NCBI RefSeq assembly: GCF_011386835.1
Contig: NC_088805.1
Span: 26,288,001-26,352,000, forward strand
Direction of reading: 5' to 3'
Source of the DNA: Chrysemys picta bellii
Taxonomy: Eukaryota
Length of the DNA stretch: 64,000 nucleotides
The translations under genes were made by a program, and so were the position numbers. A model generated the notes under the pieces. The model saw only the letters and a list, made by a program, of their open reading frames with translations. It did not search any database and was not told the origin of the DNA. Below are positions 36,456-48,573 of this stretch, piece after piece. The first letter of the stretch is position 1, and each line of letters opens with the position of its first letter.

Positions 36456-37454
36456 CTGTCAAGGAGAAAAGGAGCTCAGTTAGCAAAGCTGCAAAATATT
36501 TAAACTGTTTTAAGTAAATCTATTTCCTACCTATTTGGGGGAAGGGAACCTACAAGGATTTGTCTTTGAGACATTAGCACCAATATAAGAGTGTGGCACA
36601 TATGAACAAGTATTTTAGATAGCAAGATATGGCAGCAGATTGCACAACTTTAGGGGAGATACATGGGATGAATTTAGGGATGCAGATCAACAGATATTTA
36701 GATAGACGGTTTCCTAGATAATAAAGACCAATGTCAACTGGACTGAAAAATGCAGAAAAGTGGGATTAGTCATCTTTTTATAGCAATTATTTGTTTTCTT
36801 TGAGCGGTGGGGGAGGAGTTAGTCTTTCCATTGCAGACCAGGAGATACCCTCAGTGTCCAATTTGGCTGCAACATAGAATAATAAGAGTTAGAGATGCAG
36901 AAAGGCCTATCATGGAAGCTAGTCTAGTCCAAAGCCAATACAGTTTTGTTCCCTACAACATGTTCTCTATTTTATTATCTAATCCATCACTTCATTGGAT
37001 CACTATTCCACTGCCTAACACACACAAGGGAAGTTTTCCTGCTACTAGCACAGAAGTTTCCTTATTAATTTGAACACATCACTTTTCAGTGTAGCCCTTT
37101 CAAACATCCTAAATGATTCCTTCAAACATCTGAAAACATTAAAGACGGAACAGCTTCAGGAGTTTTGATCAGATAATAAGTTTTAGTTCCCCTCCTCCCC
37201 CCCAGGTTAGCAGGGACAAGAAGTACAAACCCTCACTTCTGAAAGGGAAAAACAGCAACAAGGGCCCCAGGCAGTGAGCAGAGTTAACTCCAGTAACTGA
37301 TACTAGCTAACAAACTGATAGGAGTGCCACTACCACCACACTCCCATTCAATGCCACAAGGAAAAGCCTACATTTACTGTTCAGTGTCATGACAATAAAA
37401 CCTTTTTACCATACAGATGCAGTGTCATGCTATTTAAGTTGGCGTAGCAGTTAC

Positions 37455-37514
37455 CTTCATTCCTTCTTCTTTCCCACTTTCAATTAATTCATCTATTCTC
37501 CTCTTTTCCTCAGT
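37455..37514 (-). CDS. KMT5A: KMT5A exon 6 (60 nt)
   Basis: tttttgcag|ACT ... AAG|gtaact; TEEKRRIDELIESGKEEGMK. Confidence 0.96.
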
Positions 37515-37958
37515 CTGCAAAAAGAAAAACCCATAGTATTGCTACTAGGATTTCTGCAGGGTTTTTTAAGATAAGTGTTTTAGGAAGGTGTTTATCTGGT
37601 AATAATCTCACTTTTCTAAGCACTCTGTGGTGCTCTATTTAGAGCTCAAGCATGTCAGTTTTGTCAGAAATATTACAACATTGAAGAGAAAATTTCAAAT
37701 TGCTGTCCAGGAATGTGCAGTTTTTCTATACGAGCAGCTGGGAGGCATCCTAAAGGAATCCAAATTTAGGTTTTGCTGTTTATGAGGAAGTGTTACTTTA
37801 TATAGTTATATTGTGCATTTGTTATTTGCACTTTTCCTAAGACCTCTCCTAGACAGTACTTTGGAGATTACAAGTATCTGCATTCATCATACTAAATTTT
37901 CATTTGACTGGCAGCATGGAAACTGCCAGGATTCGATGGGTTATACAAAAAGCACTAC

Positions 37959-38046
37959 CTGCAATTCCGTTTTGCTCTTCCGGGAACTTCTTCTAACAGG
38001 GTAATAATCTGTCACTTTTCGATTCTGTGATATTTTTCCTTGCGCT
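37959..38046 (-). CDS. KMT5A: KMT5A exon 5 (88 nt), carries the PIP degron
   Basis: atccctcag|A ... CAG|gtagtg; AQGKISQNRKVTDYYPVRRSSRKSKTELQ, containing the PIP-degron pattern recognised by CRL4-Cdt2. Confidence 0.96.
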
Positions 38047-38836
38047 CTGAGGGATAAGGAAAGAATACATAAATACTTCAGATTTTCTGGCCTCACTGTC
38101 CTAACCCAAAAGGGTCAAGAAGCTTTTACTTCCAAGACAGTGATTTGAGAAATGGCTGTTCAGAATTTAAGATTTTTTATCATCTGCACCCTTCATTCTG
38201 ATACAACACCTTGTACACTCCCGTTCTTCCCCACCTGGTCTCATCACCAGTATTTCAGCCCAAACTCTTGAGATGAGAAAGATATTTCTCAAAGTGTAGA
38301 GAATTAGCTCAAATTACTATTATACAGTACCTGTGTGTGTCTCAACCCAAGATGCTCTAGAATTTCTATCATTAAACCTGCTCCATGGTTGGCTGCTGCT
38401 GGAGAGGGATGCACCCATCACACGGCGAAACCTTGGTTTACACTGGTCATGCAAAAGTGAGCTTAGATACCAGCTCAGCCATCAGATCACTAGCTATAAA
38501 GGTAACAGCCTGGATCTGGCCAAAGAACTTCTTGTTTTGCCCCCCCTCAAAAGTGAGGTCTTAACCACTTTTGTTAGTTCCCATTAGTTAAGATTAGTGG
38601 AAATGCACACCAATTTATATACAAGCTAGAAAGCTGTATGTTCAAGAAAAAAAAAATCCTTTGCAAGGCATATCAATGCTTACATCATAGTACAGAATTT
38701 ACATTGGATTGTTCTTTAGGGTAGGTTTCAGAATAAAACCCTTAAGCCACTATAGCAGAAAATATTTTTGGCACATTTGCTTAAAAAAAATCCAAGATAT
38801 GGCATATGGATGCCTTTGCTCCCACATGTCACCTAC

Positions 38837-39056
38837 TTTCTCCTTGGTCCAGGTTTTGCTTTTACCACCTTCTTCTGAGCTTGCTTTGCATTTGCTGCAT
38901 CAGTAGAATCAGAAGGCAGAGGCATGTTTTTCTGAGTTTCTGCAGCTTCTTGTTTTTGATTAGGAAAGGACACTGAAGAATCACACCCACTTTCTTTATC
39001 ATTCTGGTCTTCTGGTTTTATAGCACCTTCTATTGTATTAAGAGTACTTTTTTTCC
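38837..39056 (-). CDS. KMT5A: KMT5A exon 4 (220 nt)
   Basis: ccatccacag|GG ... AA|gtaggt; GKKSTLNTIEGAIKPEDQ...FPNQKQEAAETQK...AKQAQKKVVKAKPGPRR. Confidence 0.93.
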
Positions 39057-41145
39057 CTGTGGATGGAAAATGTAGGACGACTAACATAAGATGTCTTCTA
39101 GCTTTCCTTTCTTCTATATCACAAAGTGCCCTAAACTCTTAAAGGTTTCTAACCTGTATTTTATCTGTATCAAATTACAGGGGCAGGATGGGGAAACATT
39201 GTATTTATTCTGTTACATGGCAAAAGTAAGTAGTTATAAGGGCCAAATTGGACCAAGTTACCTGTTGATGCATCATGAGTAATTCCTACAGGTCATAAAG
39301 GGTGGAGGGGAAGGATTTTAATCCAAGTATTATGTCTAGTTAAAGATGTTATCCAGACAAAGAATTTCCCAAGTCTCAACATCACAGACACTACAAAGGG
39401 AGTTTTGTAACAACTGCACTATTGTCCAAGCCAGCAAGTTTGCCATGTTGAACTAGATGAATACTCTGCAAGGAAAGTGACTTCAGGAGTCTGCTGGGGG
39501 ACTATAGTCCCATACTTAGTGGCTATTGGTATCAAGAGGCCAGTGCCATCAAAAACAAAAACAAAAAAAAGGAAACAAAAGGAATCAAAATTGCTGTTCC
39601 TATTATACACATTGTAACAAATCTACAAGCTGCAGCTGGTACAATCAGTAAATGCAGACTCAGAATGTGGGTGGAAGTCTCTAGGATTCCTAGTAGATTC
39701 TGAAGGTAAATGGCTTTTAAAAATCACAGATAAAACATTCTAGACCTTCTCCTGGCCTAGAATGACCTCATGGCCTAGACTCAGCAAAGCATTTAAACTT
39801 GCTTAATTTTAAGATTTAAATTAGTTTTAAGAGCCTTGCTGAATAGGGATGGGATTACTCACATGCTTAAAAGTTGAGTACATGCTTAAGTTCTTTTGCC
39901 TTTATCAGAAACCTCTAGGGGCCTGATGCAATCACTGTTGAAGTCAGTGGAAAGACTTGCATTGACTTCAGTAACGATTGGAACGGGCCCCCAAGCATTG
40001 TCAAATTGCAATCTGAGTCCTTTTACCATCTATCTCCAGAGCCCTCACTTTTGACAGGGGAGGTTCTTTATTTCTGGAACACATTTTCTATTGGTCCATC
40101 CCAGCCACTTTTAAGAAAGGACGTGCTTTTATTTTATTGGCTTTTTCTTTGTTGCTAAGTTTGCAGCTAGGTTGATGTGGCTTAAGCCATTATTTTCTGT
40201 TTAATGGAAACGTGAACTGGCTTTTTTTTTTTTTTGTTAAATGACACCCAAGTACCACAGCAATTGGTGCGTAAGAAATCCTAGTAATAAACAAGCAACA
40301 GTAAAACTAGTTAGGGTCGGACTAATTCCATGAACCCAGGAAGAGATGTTAACTGCATGCAACCCAGTGTTTTGTATGTACAAATTTTCAGGTAAGATTT
40401 GTATCCTGGTCAACTAAGTAAAAAGGTTTCTAATATGTGCTAAAATTGGTGAGAGCCTACGGTTTAACAGATCAGTGATTCTCCAACTAATCTACAAAAC
40501 ACTCCCATTTGGTGTATAGAGCTACTTCTGTAACAATGAAAAAGCAGCTACCAGTTTTCTAGCATTGGTGCTCAGTCCAAGAAACAGTTTTCGAAAGATG
40601 CTTTCCCCCACCACACCCTTAACTCTAGCCACACAGACACTAAATCTAAACACCAGCACCTCTCATCACACTACATGGCTGCTTCATACATTTCTTGGCT
40701 TGGTGTTTCCTTGGCACCAAATTTGATTACTATTTAATTACAGAGGAAACCAACTCTGGGTAATAAACATGCAAAGGAGGACAAACCAAACTGCAAAGTG
40801 ACCCACAGAGATTAAATACAAATGGGGCATGCAGGGAATATTAAGAACTAAATATTTAAGTCCTACACCAGGAAAAGAAAACAAATAAGCCAAGAGACAA
40901 AACAAGAGGGAAATTTTAACCAAGCAGCTGCATCATTTAATTTAAATGAAATTGGTAAAGAGAGATCAGTATTCACGAGAGAGTTGAAATTCCATACACA
41001 CTAACTATTTGCTGGGAAGGCAGGGGATCTACAAAAAAGGGATCTTAAGTTGTACCCAATTTGAAAGTTTGGGGAAAAAAGTCACAGGGCATAGACAAGG
41101 CATGTTTTCTAACCCACAAGCAAACGGTTGTAAGGTCAATCTTAC

Positions 41146-41302
41146 CGTCTCCTCTTTTGCATGTTTCATTTAGTGTTTTGCCTTGACATTTCACCTCATG
41201 ATGCATGACTGAGTTTTCCTCTTGAAGTGGAGGACGAGCACCAGGAGATTTGTTAGAACTTAGGTAGGTGTAGATTTTGGACTGGCCAAGAAATACGTTC
41301 TC
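41146..41302 (-). CDS. KMT5A: KMT5A exon 3 (157 nt)
   Basis: tgttttag|GAG ... G|gtaaga; ENVFLGQSKIYTYLSSNKSPGARPPLQEENSVMHHEVKCQGKTLNETCKRGD. Confidence 0.95.
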
Positions 41303-42049
41303 CTAAAACAGAGACCCAATAAAGCTCATTACATCAAAGAAATCTCATCAATCTCAAACCTCCAGTTGGTATCTGGATCATGCTACATAAGCCAACACCT
41401 ACATTACTGCAGCATATTTGCATCTGAATAGCAGAGAATATATACATAAAAACCATCTGTGTTCAAAACCATATCACTCTGGTTGGTAATAGCTTGAGCA
41501 AAACTTGCCATGCAAATTCTCTGCACAGACACTTCCTCAAAAACAAATTAAATGCATCATGTTAGTTGAATTAAGTGTTAGGGTACAGGCCTAAATTCTT
41601 TTCTTGAATGTGTACATAGCTCCTAGTGACTTAAACACAAGGTGCAATGCTGGTCCCTGAGGGCAGCATTTGGTGCTAATATTTTTTTCATGGACCTACA
41701 TAATTAAGGTTCTCTCAAATGTTTCTTATTTTTAATAGAATAACTATTTAATTTTTGATGATTTTTCTCCACAGTAGTGCAGAACAGAGACAAGTATATT
41801 CCATTATTTAGGGAGCTGAAATTGCACTAAAAGGCAAGCAACAAAATTGATCTAAGGCTAGTTTTTTAAAAACTCAGCTTTGGTAATTCTCTGCAGTTTC
41901 TCCTCCCACCCCCATTCCAAAAATCAATTCTAGGACACACATCAATACCTACAATACACAGAGGTACCAATGACATCAGAAAGAACTGGATGACCAATTT
42001 TAAAATTAAGCAGCATTGTTTCTAGCACACTGTATGAACAGGTTAGAAC

Positions 42050-42140
42050 CAGTGCCCGACACTTCTGAGAAAGTGAACAGAACAGGGTGATTTATTGAGT
42101 GATCCATCCACATTATCCAGTCCCAGCTTCTGTACTTGTG
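42050..42140 (-). mobile_element. CR1 3' UTR fragment
   Basis: Nearly the same sequence as 15425-15500 (gaacagaacaggg...gtgatccatcc...cagcttct). Confidence 0.7.
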
Positions 42141-43441
42141 TGGGAAGGGCTTATGTGGAGGGCTTAGAAGAGTACCATCATCTTCTCCCGCCTCTCCCAG
42201 GTTTAACTCCTAGGTGTCTATCTAGTGATTCTGATTGTTCAACCCCACGGTGTCATGATATGTTGACATAATTTAGCCAGAACCAAGATTGCCTTGGCTA
42301 TATTTCTTACACACACAAAAATGATTTTCAGCTGTAACAAAAAATATATATATTTTTTCACTAAAAAAGGAACCCTACAGTTAAAGCATAAAATGTACCA
42401 CATATTCCAACAGATGGGTGCATAAGCACTGAAAATTAAAGGGAGCCTATTGTGGAACAAAATAGATATGTTTTAACCTTAAAATCGGATAAACTCCTTA
42501 ATGTTATAACCTTAGTGCTCTGTGTCTGAATTATCTGTAATTTGTAATCTTTTTCTGATAGAAGAATTTTGTTAGTTCCTGGCCATTTAAAGGCTCACTC
42601 GGCTTGTTTATTTGCATTTATAAATGTATACATACCCCCCTCACAGGTCTATAAATATTTTCCTTCTTTCTGTAGCATTTAGGTCCCAATTTTGTGGGCA
42701 CTTACAGATGCTCTAACTTCAATGCCACTAACCCCATGCTAAAAGTCAGGCACATAGGCAAGTATTTGGAAGACCCAGGCTTTAAGACTGCAAATTCTTC
42801 CAGGGAGGGAGAGAAGCAGTAATTGTAGGTGTTTACACCGCTACCATAATCCCTTCTGCTGCCACCCGACTCCCACAGACAGACTCTTAAGCCCAGCCAA
42901 AGCCTCAATGAATGGGGATCAGCTTGCAAAATTGGGGCTACAGTGAAGCTTTGATCCTGCCTAGGGCTTGCAAGGCGACTGCAACAACAACAACGGCAGC
43001 GTCGTCCTGCCAGCACTTACACGAGGAACTTTACTCACGTGAGTAGACCCATTGACTTCAGTGCGTCTGCTGCGGCAAGTTCCTCCCGGCTGGCAGCCCC
43101 GGCGGGGCCAGGCCCGTGGAATAGCTGCATGGCCACGTCTGCCGGGGCGGGGAGCAGCTCCGGGCGCCCCTTAGCCGGGGTTCGCAGAGGGGAGCGCGGC
43201 GACAGGCCCGGGCTGGCTGCAAGGGGCGGCCCTTTCCCCACACCCCGACTCTGCCTCCCCGCGCTCCTGCAGCTTGGCCCTGCCCGGGGAGGAGCCGGGG
43301 GGTTCGCCTTGCTCCCCGGCCCCAGTTCCCCGGGCGGCTCCAGCCGCCCCGCCGCAGCCCGCGCTCGGAAGTGGCAGGAAATAACCTTCCCGGCCAGGGC
43401 CCAGCCCCCGCGCCCCAGTGTGGGGGACACACGGCGCTTAC

Positions 43442-43539
43442 CCCGTTCATCCTGGGGCGGCCGGGCCCCCTTCTCTCGGTGCTCTCCGGAGCCGCCGCCG
43501 CCTCCGCTTTGCCTTCCCGGGGCTTGGACATGGTCTTGC
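43442..43539 (-). CDS. KMT5A: KMT5A exon 2 (98 nt)
   Basis: ctctcccctag|GC ... GGG|gtaagc; GKTMSKPREGKAEAAAAPESTERRGPGRPRMNG, matching MSKP...ERRGPGRPR. Confidence 0.93.
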
Positions 43540-44263
43540 CTAGGGGAGAGCAGGGGATGGGGGCGTCAGAGCCATGCCCGGGGCCGCTTCAGTCCCCAGC
43601 AGCGGCCGGAGCCGCCGCCGCCACCTGCGCCATGTTTCAAGGGCTCAGTGCAGAGAGGGAAGCCCAGGCAGGCCGGCCCAGCGCGCACCCCGCACGGGGG
43701 GGAGGAGCGCCGCCGAGCTCCCTCCCCCGCTGCCGAGGACACGCTGCCCCCCAGGGGAGCCCACAGCAGCGGTAGAGGGCAAACCAGCCTGGGCTTAGGG
43801 AGCCGGTATCTGACACCCCCCACCCCGCAACACACGCCTCCTAGACCCCCACAATACCCCCCATCTACCCACTCACTCCGCCCTCCGTAAGACACACATC
43901 CCCCAGTCACCAGTCCCCCCCCCGGGACCCAGTCACCCCCCCCCAGGCTCCAGCCCCCCCAGGGCACCACGCACCCCTCAGGGCCCAGCCCTCTATATAG
44001 CCCAATTACCACCCCCACGTCACCCCCACCCTCTATGTAGCCCCCACCCCTCAAGAACCTCAGCTCCATTCACACCCTCAGAACTCCAGCGCCCCTCGCA
44101 CCCCACGTGCCTGCGCCAACCCAGCCACTCCCTGCCCGCTTCTCTCTGCCCCCATAGGCGCCCGGTCACCAGCCCCTACGCGCGCCCACTGCCCATATCC
44201 AGACACACACCCCCGGACCCTCCATAACTTACCCTCCCCCCCAGCACCTGTCAGGGCGGGTAC

Positions 44264-44273
44264 CTTTAGCCAT
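44264..44273 (-). CDS. KMT5A: KMT5A exon 1 coding part (ATG GCT AAA G)
   Basis: Strong Kozak gagccATGG; phase-1 donor G|gtaccc joins exon 2 to give MAKGKTMSKP (human MARGRKMSKP). The eight exons total 1035 nt = 344 aa. Confidence 0.85.
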
Positions 44274-45296
44274 GGCTCCGAGAGCGGAGCCAAGCCCGGC
44301 TCGAAGCTGTCCTGGCAGGAGGTCCCCCTCTGAGAACCTTCAGTGTAGCCGGACTGCTCCAAAGAGATGATACACTGAGCCGCTCTCCGCTGCCTGATTG
44401 GCGCTTCCACTTGCCTATCACATCTCCCCGCTCTTTGATTGGTGCGCAGGGGAATGTCCCGCCTTCCCCATTCCATTTGAGTCAGCGCACCTCCCTCCCA
44501 GTAAGGGTGTTTAAATGTGCGTCCTCTGGTCGCTGATTGGCCAGTGCGAAAAGCACGGGGCCTGTGATTGGAGGCCAGACCAGGAGTTCTCCCTCCTTTG
44601 CTAGGCTGGGTGAGAGTTCTGGATCGCTTGACAATAGCCTTATGCACTCCTAGCCACTGTATATGGGGTTCAAGTTGGTTGTACATAAGAGCCCCTATAG
44701 GGAACAGTGCAGAATACGGACCCTACATACACAAATCTCTCCCCACTTTTCCAAATCTTTGGCTCTATACTCTTCCCTTCCCGGCATTTCCCTCCCCCCT
44801 CCAACCGGCAATTTTTCCTACTTGAGTTAACTTATATTTGGAGCCCTGAAAAGACAATGCTGACTCCCCTGAGACTGCAAAACTCTTCTGCTGAGCTCTG
44901 TGTATTCTGCTAACTAGACCCGGTTCCAAGAGGTTTGGCTATGTGCACATATGCACATTGGGATGGGATTACATGTGAGGGTTTAGCTTATTTAAAAAGT
45001 GCCTCTTCATTGTCATATATGATGAACACAACCTTGCACATTTTATTTTAAACAAAGCATTCAGCTCCCAGTAACTGAAAGAGCATGGTTATAGTTCTGC
45101 ATTGTACTTCCCAACACCAGGAAGTACAGAATGCAGATGTGGAGCCCTATCCACTGAACCATACATCATGGCTGCAGGGTTACATTCAGGGCCAGATGAC
45201 CTCTTCTGTGGGCCTCGGGCTGTTAGATTTTGTGGGGTCCCTGTATACAAGTCTTTTTCCTAATTTAAAACAAAATGCTCACAATTATGGCATCAA

Positions 45297-45466
45297 GGCT
45301 ATAATAGCTCAGTGGTTTGAGCATTAGCCTGCTAAACCCAGGGTTGTGAGCTCAATCCTAGAGGGGGCCACGTGGATTTTCCTGTCTGGGGATTGGTCCT
45401 GCTTTGAGCAGGGGGTTGGACTAGATGACCTCCTGAGGTCCCTTCCTATCCTGATATTCTATGATT
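45297..45466 (+). mobile_element. tRNA-derived SINE with CR1 3' tail (tortoise Pol III/SINE class)
   Basis: A-box TAGCTCAGTGG (45305), B-box-like GAGCTCAATCC, then the CR1 tail ggggattggtcctgctttgagcagggggttggactagatgacctcctgaggtcccttcc...attctatgatt. Confidence 0.88.
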
Positions 45467-45599
45467 GCTATACTAAACTTGCCTTTTAATTAACATAAAG
45501 CCGTTCTGTGTTTACTTTTCAGTATTAAAACATGTAGCATATAGTTAAGTGAATTCAAAATAGCCTACATCTTACTTTAAAACAGCTGTTATAGTCATT

Positions 45600-46213
45600 T
45601 ATTTCTGGGAGGGAGTTGGGTGCAGGAGTGGGCTCCAGGCTGGGGCAGAGTGTTGGGGTGCAGGAAAGGGTGAGGGGTGTAGGCTCTGGGAGGGAGTTTG
45701 GTACAGGAGGGGATTCTGACCTGGAGCAGAGGGTTGGGATGCAGGAGGGGGTGTGAGGTGTAGGCTCCAGCTGTGAGGCGGTTACCACAGATGGCTCCTG
45801 GCTGGCAGTGCAGCAGGGCTCAGGCGCACCATAGCCCCATGCCACTGCCGGAAGTGGCTGCTGGCACGTCTCTGCGCGCCCCTGAGGGGAGGGGGACAGC
45901 ATGTCTCCATGCACTGCCCGTGCCCGCAAGCGCCACCCCATGGCTCCCATTGGCTGTTTCCTGGCCAATGGGAGCTGCGGGATGGTGCTGGGGGTGGAGG
46001 CAATGCGCAGAGCTGCCTCACCCCCCCCCCCAGGGGCCGCAGAGACGTGCCAGCAGCTGGCCACCGCTGGGAGTGACATGGGGCCACGGCATGCAGGAAG
46101 CCTACCTGAGTCCTGCTGCGCCGCTGGACTTTTAGCGGCACAGAGATCGTGATTGACTGGTAGAGGCTCCAGGATCAACCAATCAATCGTGATTGACGGG
46201 TTGGTGACCACTG
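45600..46213. mobile_element. Truncated hAT-type non-autonomous element
   Basis: G-rich internal repeats and one terminus GGTTGGTGACCACTG; the matching left TIR was not found. Confidence 0.6.
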
Positions 46214-46379
46214 AATTGTATATAATTATGGATTTATTTTTGCAGCCCCCCCCCTTAGCCCGAGGCCCTGGGCTGCAGCCCCTAAAGCCCCTGCGTTAAT
46301 CCAGCCCTGGTTACCTTGTACCTCAAAGTCAGAAAAAAAATATCACCAAGAAGCTTGTAGAAACAAGGAGGCTGGACGC

Positions 46380-47470
46380 CACATGAGACCATCAATGGGA
46401 TACAGTACTGAGCTTTTCACCTCTAAGTTTTTGGTATCAATTCAGCTAATTTTGATAATGAATGAAAGTTATTATACAATGGGAGTTTGGTAGCCTATAT
46501 GAAATGAGTTTGGTGGCCTAAATATAGCTCCTACTGGTCACCCAGCCACTTCACATGTCAACATCACTACAACTGGCATCAATTTGTAATTCTTGTTGGC
46601 AGTCCTAGCAGAGAGGCCAAGACATGATTGGGCAGCGGAGACGGAACTATCTTCTCCATCTTAGAGGTAGCTCCTCAAAGTCTATCTCGTCACTTACCAA
46701 AAAAGATGGGGTTTTACAGCCACATAGTTAACCAGCATTATTTAGTTATCTTGTTGTAAAATTCTAATGTAAACGAGGCTCTGTATTTTTTACCACAAGG
46801 TAGCTAAGTAAGGTCAGCCATAGGTGGTGGTAAGATTTAGTGTTGGCCAATTTACCTATTTAAGCATTTATACCAAGCTGATCAGCAGGGTATCTGAGCT
46901 CTTTATAGAGTCTGGGTCTGATTTTGCTCACAATCCAAACTCACACTCTAGTTCTGAAATCACTTACTGTGTAAGCTAATATTTCACCACAAGTAATGGA
47001 ATCAGCATGGATGCTATACAACTAAACACAACAATAGCAAATTCCGTTCTCTCTGCTACTCAGCTGTTACATTTTGTTCCTGTTGTCTTTCTATTATGTA
47101 GGAGCGGTAGTAAGACCATAGTTAAGGTTGCATCAAGGGTTTCAGTGTCACAGGGTAACGATTTGCTAATATATTCTAAATCTTTTGAGAATAAAGCCCA
47201 AAATAGAAACATAGTTTTCAAGGTCTAATTTTCTGTGTATATCTTAGACAGAGCTGATTTTTATTTTGTGAAATATTATTAATTGTAGGATAGTGGGTAA
47301 GCTAAGTCAGAGAAACTTCAGAAAAAAATTGCAATCAGGGCTGATGTGTGTTGTCGGGACAGTGTGTTGGAAGTTTCACTGCTGCTCCCTGCAGTGTATC
47401 TGTTCTGTGAATAAAGGACTGCAATTTCCAGAAGTGTTAAACCTGCAACTGTTACAAGCATAAATTTAAC
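46380..47470 (+). mobile_element. LF-SINE split by a ~650-bp insertion (5' part 46380-46685, 3' part 47335-47470)
   Basis: 5' part: gcctatatgaaatgagtttggtgg, ttgttggcagtcctagcagagaggccaag. 3' part: gggacagtgtgttggaag...ctgttctgtgaataaaggact. Confidence 0.7.
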
Positions 47471-48573
47471 ACACACACACCCACACCCACACACCACAAT
47501 TCTTTAATAATCAGTCAATGTTTTAGATGTCAAACCACTAGCGAATGTGCAGAAGATGGGCCATCGGCAGTCCAAATATACACTTTTGACAAAATCAGAA
47601 GTTTCAGCACAGATGTGCTGATTTTCAGTAGCAGAGAGGAGGCCCTGCTGGTTGCTGTAATAGAAATGGAGTAGAGAAAAAGAATATTATTTTGTCCTAA
47701 ACTGGAGGCTGAGTAAATTCCCTCATTCACACACACTGCCAAAAAATAAGACTGTCGATAATGGGGTTTTGTATGTTATTTTTTTTACTAATATTTCCCA
47801 CTGTTGCTATTACCAGTTCAGTTCCACAGGCTATGATCATGATGATACGACTATTGCAAATAGGGCTCAAAGCACCCAGAGACATTTTAAACACCATGAC
47901 CTAGGTCCTGCAATGACCTCTACATGGGTGCAGAGTTCTGGGCTCAGTGAAGCATCAGACCTATATCATCTACTCTCCATGCCTCGCATTCTCCTCAGGC
48001 TTAGGATTGTCTACGTTATGGAGACTCTTCTGGCATAACACTGTAGTGTAGATGCAACGTACACTGACATAAAGTGTTCTTCTGTCCATGCAGGAACACC
48101 ACCTCCCCCAAGGATGATGATGACATCGACGGAAGTATTCTTCCATCAACATGGCTGTGTCTACACTGGTGGTTAGGTTGGCATAGCTATGTCATTCAAG
48201 GGTGGTTTTTTTTTTCTCAAGCTACAACTTGTAAGTGTAGACCAAGCGTCAGTAGAACTGAGAGTGATAAGGTGGTTATAAAACAGAAAAGCAATACCAT
48301 AGTTACAATAATTATTTATATTGTGATAGGCCTCCCAATCAATGTGCTAAGCACTGTCCCCACACACAAAAGAAGAAAGTCCTTGCCTTAAAGAGTTTAC
48401 CGTTGAAGTAATCTTATATTTATCTGATTTTATTAAAACATAGTTCTGATTGCTATGGTAGCAAAGCACACAGAATACAAAAGATATAAATAAACCACCT
48501 TCAAATTATGGCTCTCAAACTGCTACTACCTTGGCATTTTAGCTTGTGCACCTGCAGATACTATTTCATATAT

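Larger units (their letters stand above)
43030..44580 (-). promoter_or_regulatory. KMT5A CpG island and promoter with four CCAAT boxes
   Basis: CpG-rich; ATTGG at 44397, 44438, 44536 and 44567, all reading CCAATC on the KMT5A strand; TTTAAA at 44510. Confidence 0.8.

Noticed and set aside
40572-40669. C box (GTGATGA) and D box (CTGA) 98 nt apart on the KMT5A sense strand, intron 3
   Set aside because: No convincing terminal stem, internal C'/D' boxes or recognisable rRNA guide; such short motifs arise by chance.
43033-43044. Perfect palindrome ACTCACGTGAGT (E-box plus GTGAGT donor on both strands) in KMT5A intron 2
   Set aside because: Context (cacttac...tactcacgtgagtagacccattgacttca) resembles the abundant palindromic MITE family, and no in-frame start was found nearby for an alternative exon.
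43039-43890. 283-aa ORF antisense to KMT5A exon 2
   Set aside because: CpG-island artefact; no domain or coding-type composition.
45297-45370. tRNA-like sequence with A and B boxes
   Set aside because: Runs directly into a CR1 3' tail, so it is a SINE head rather than a tRNA gene; the cloverleaf is degenerate.
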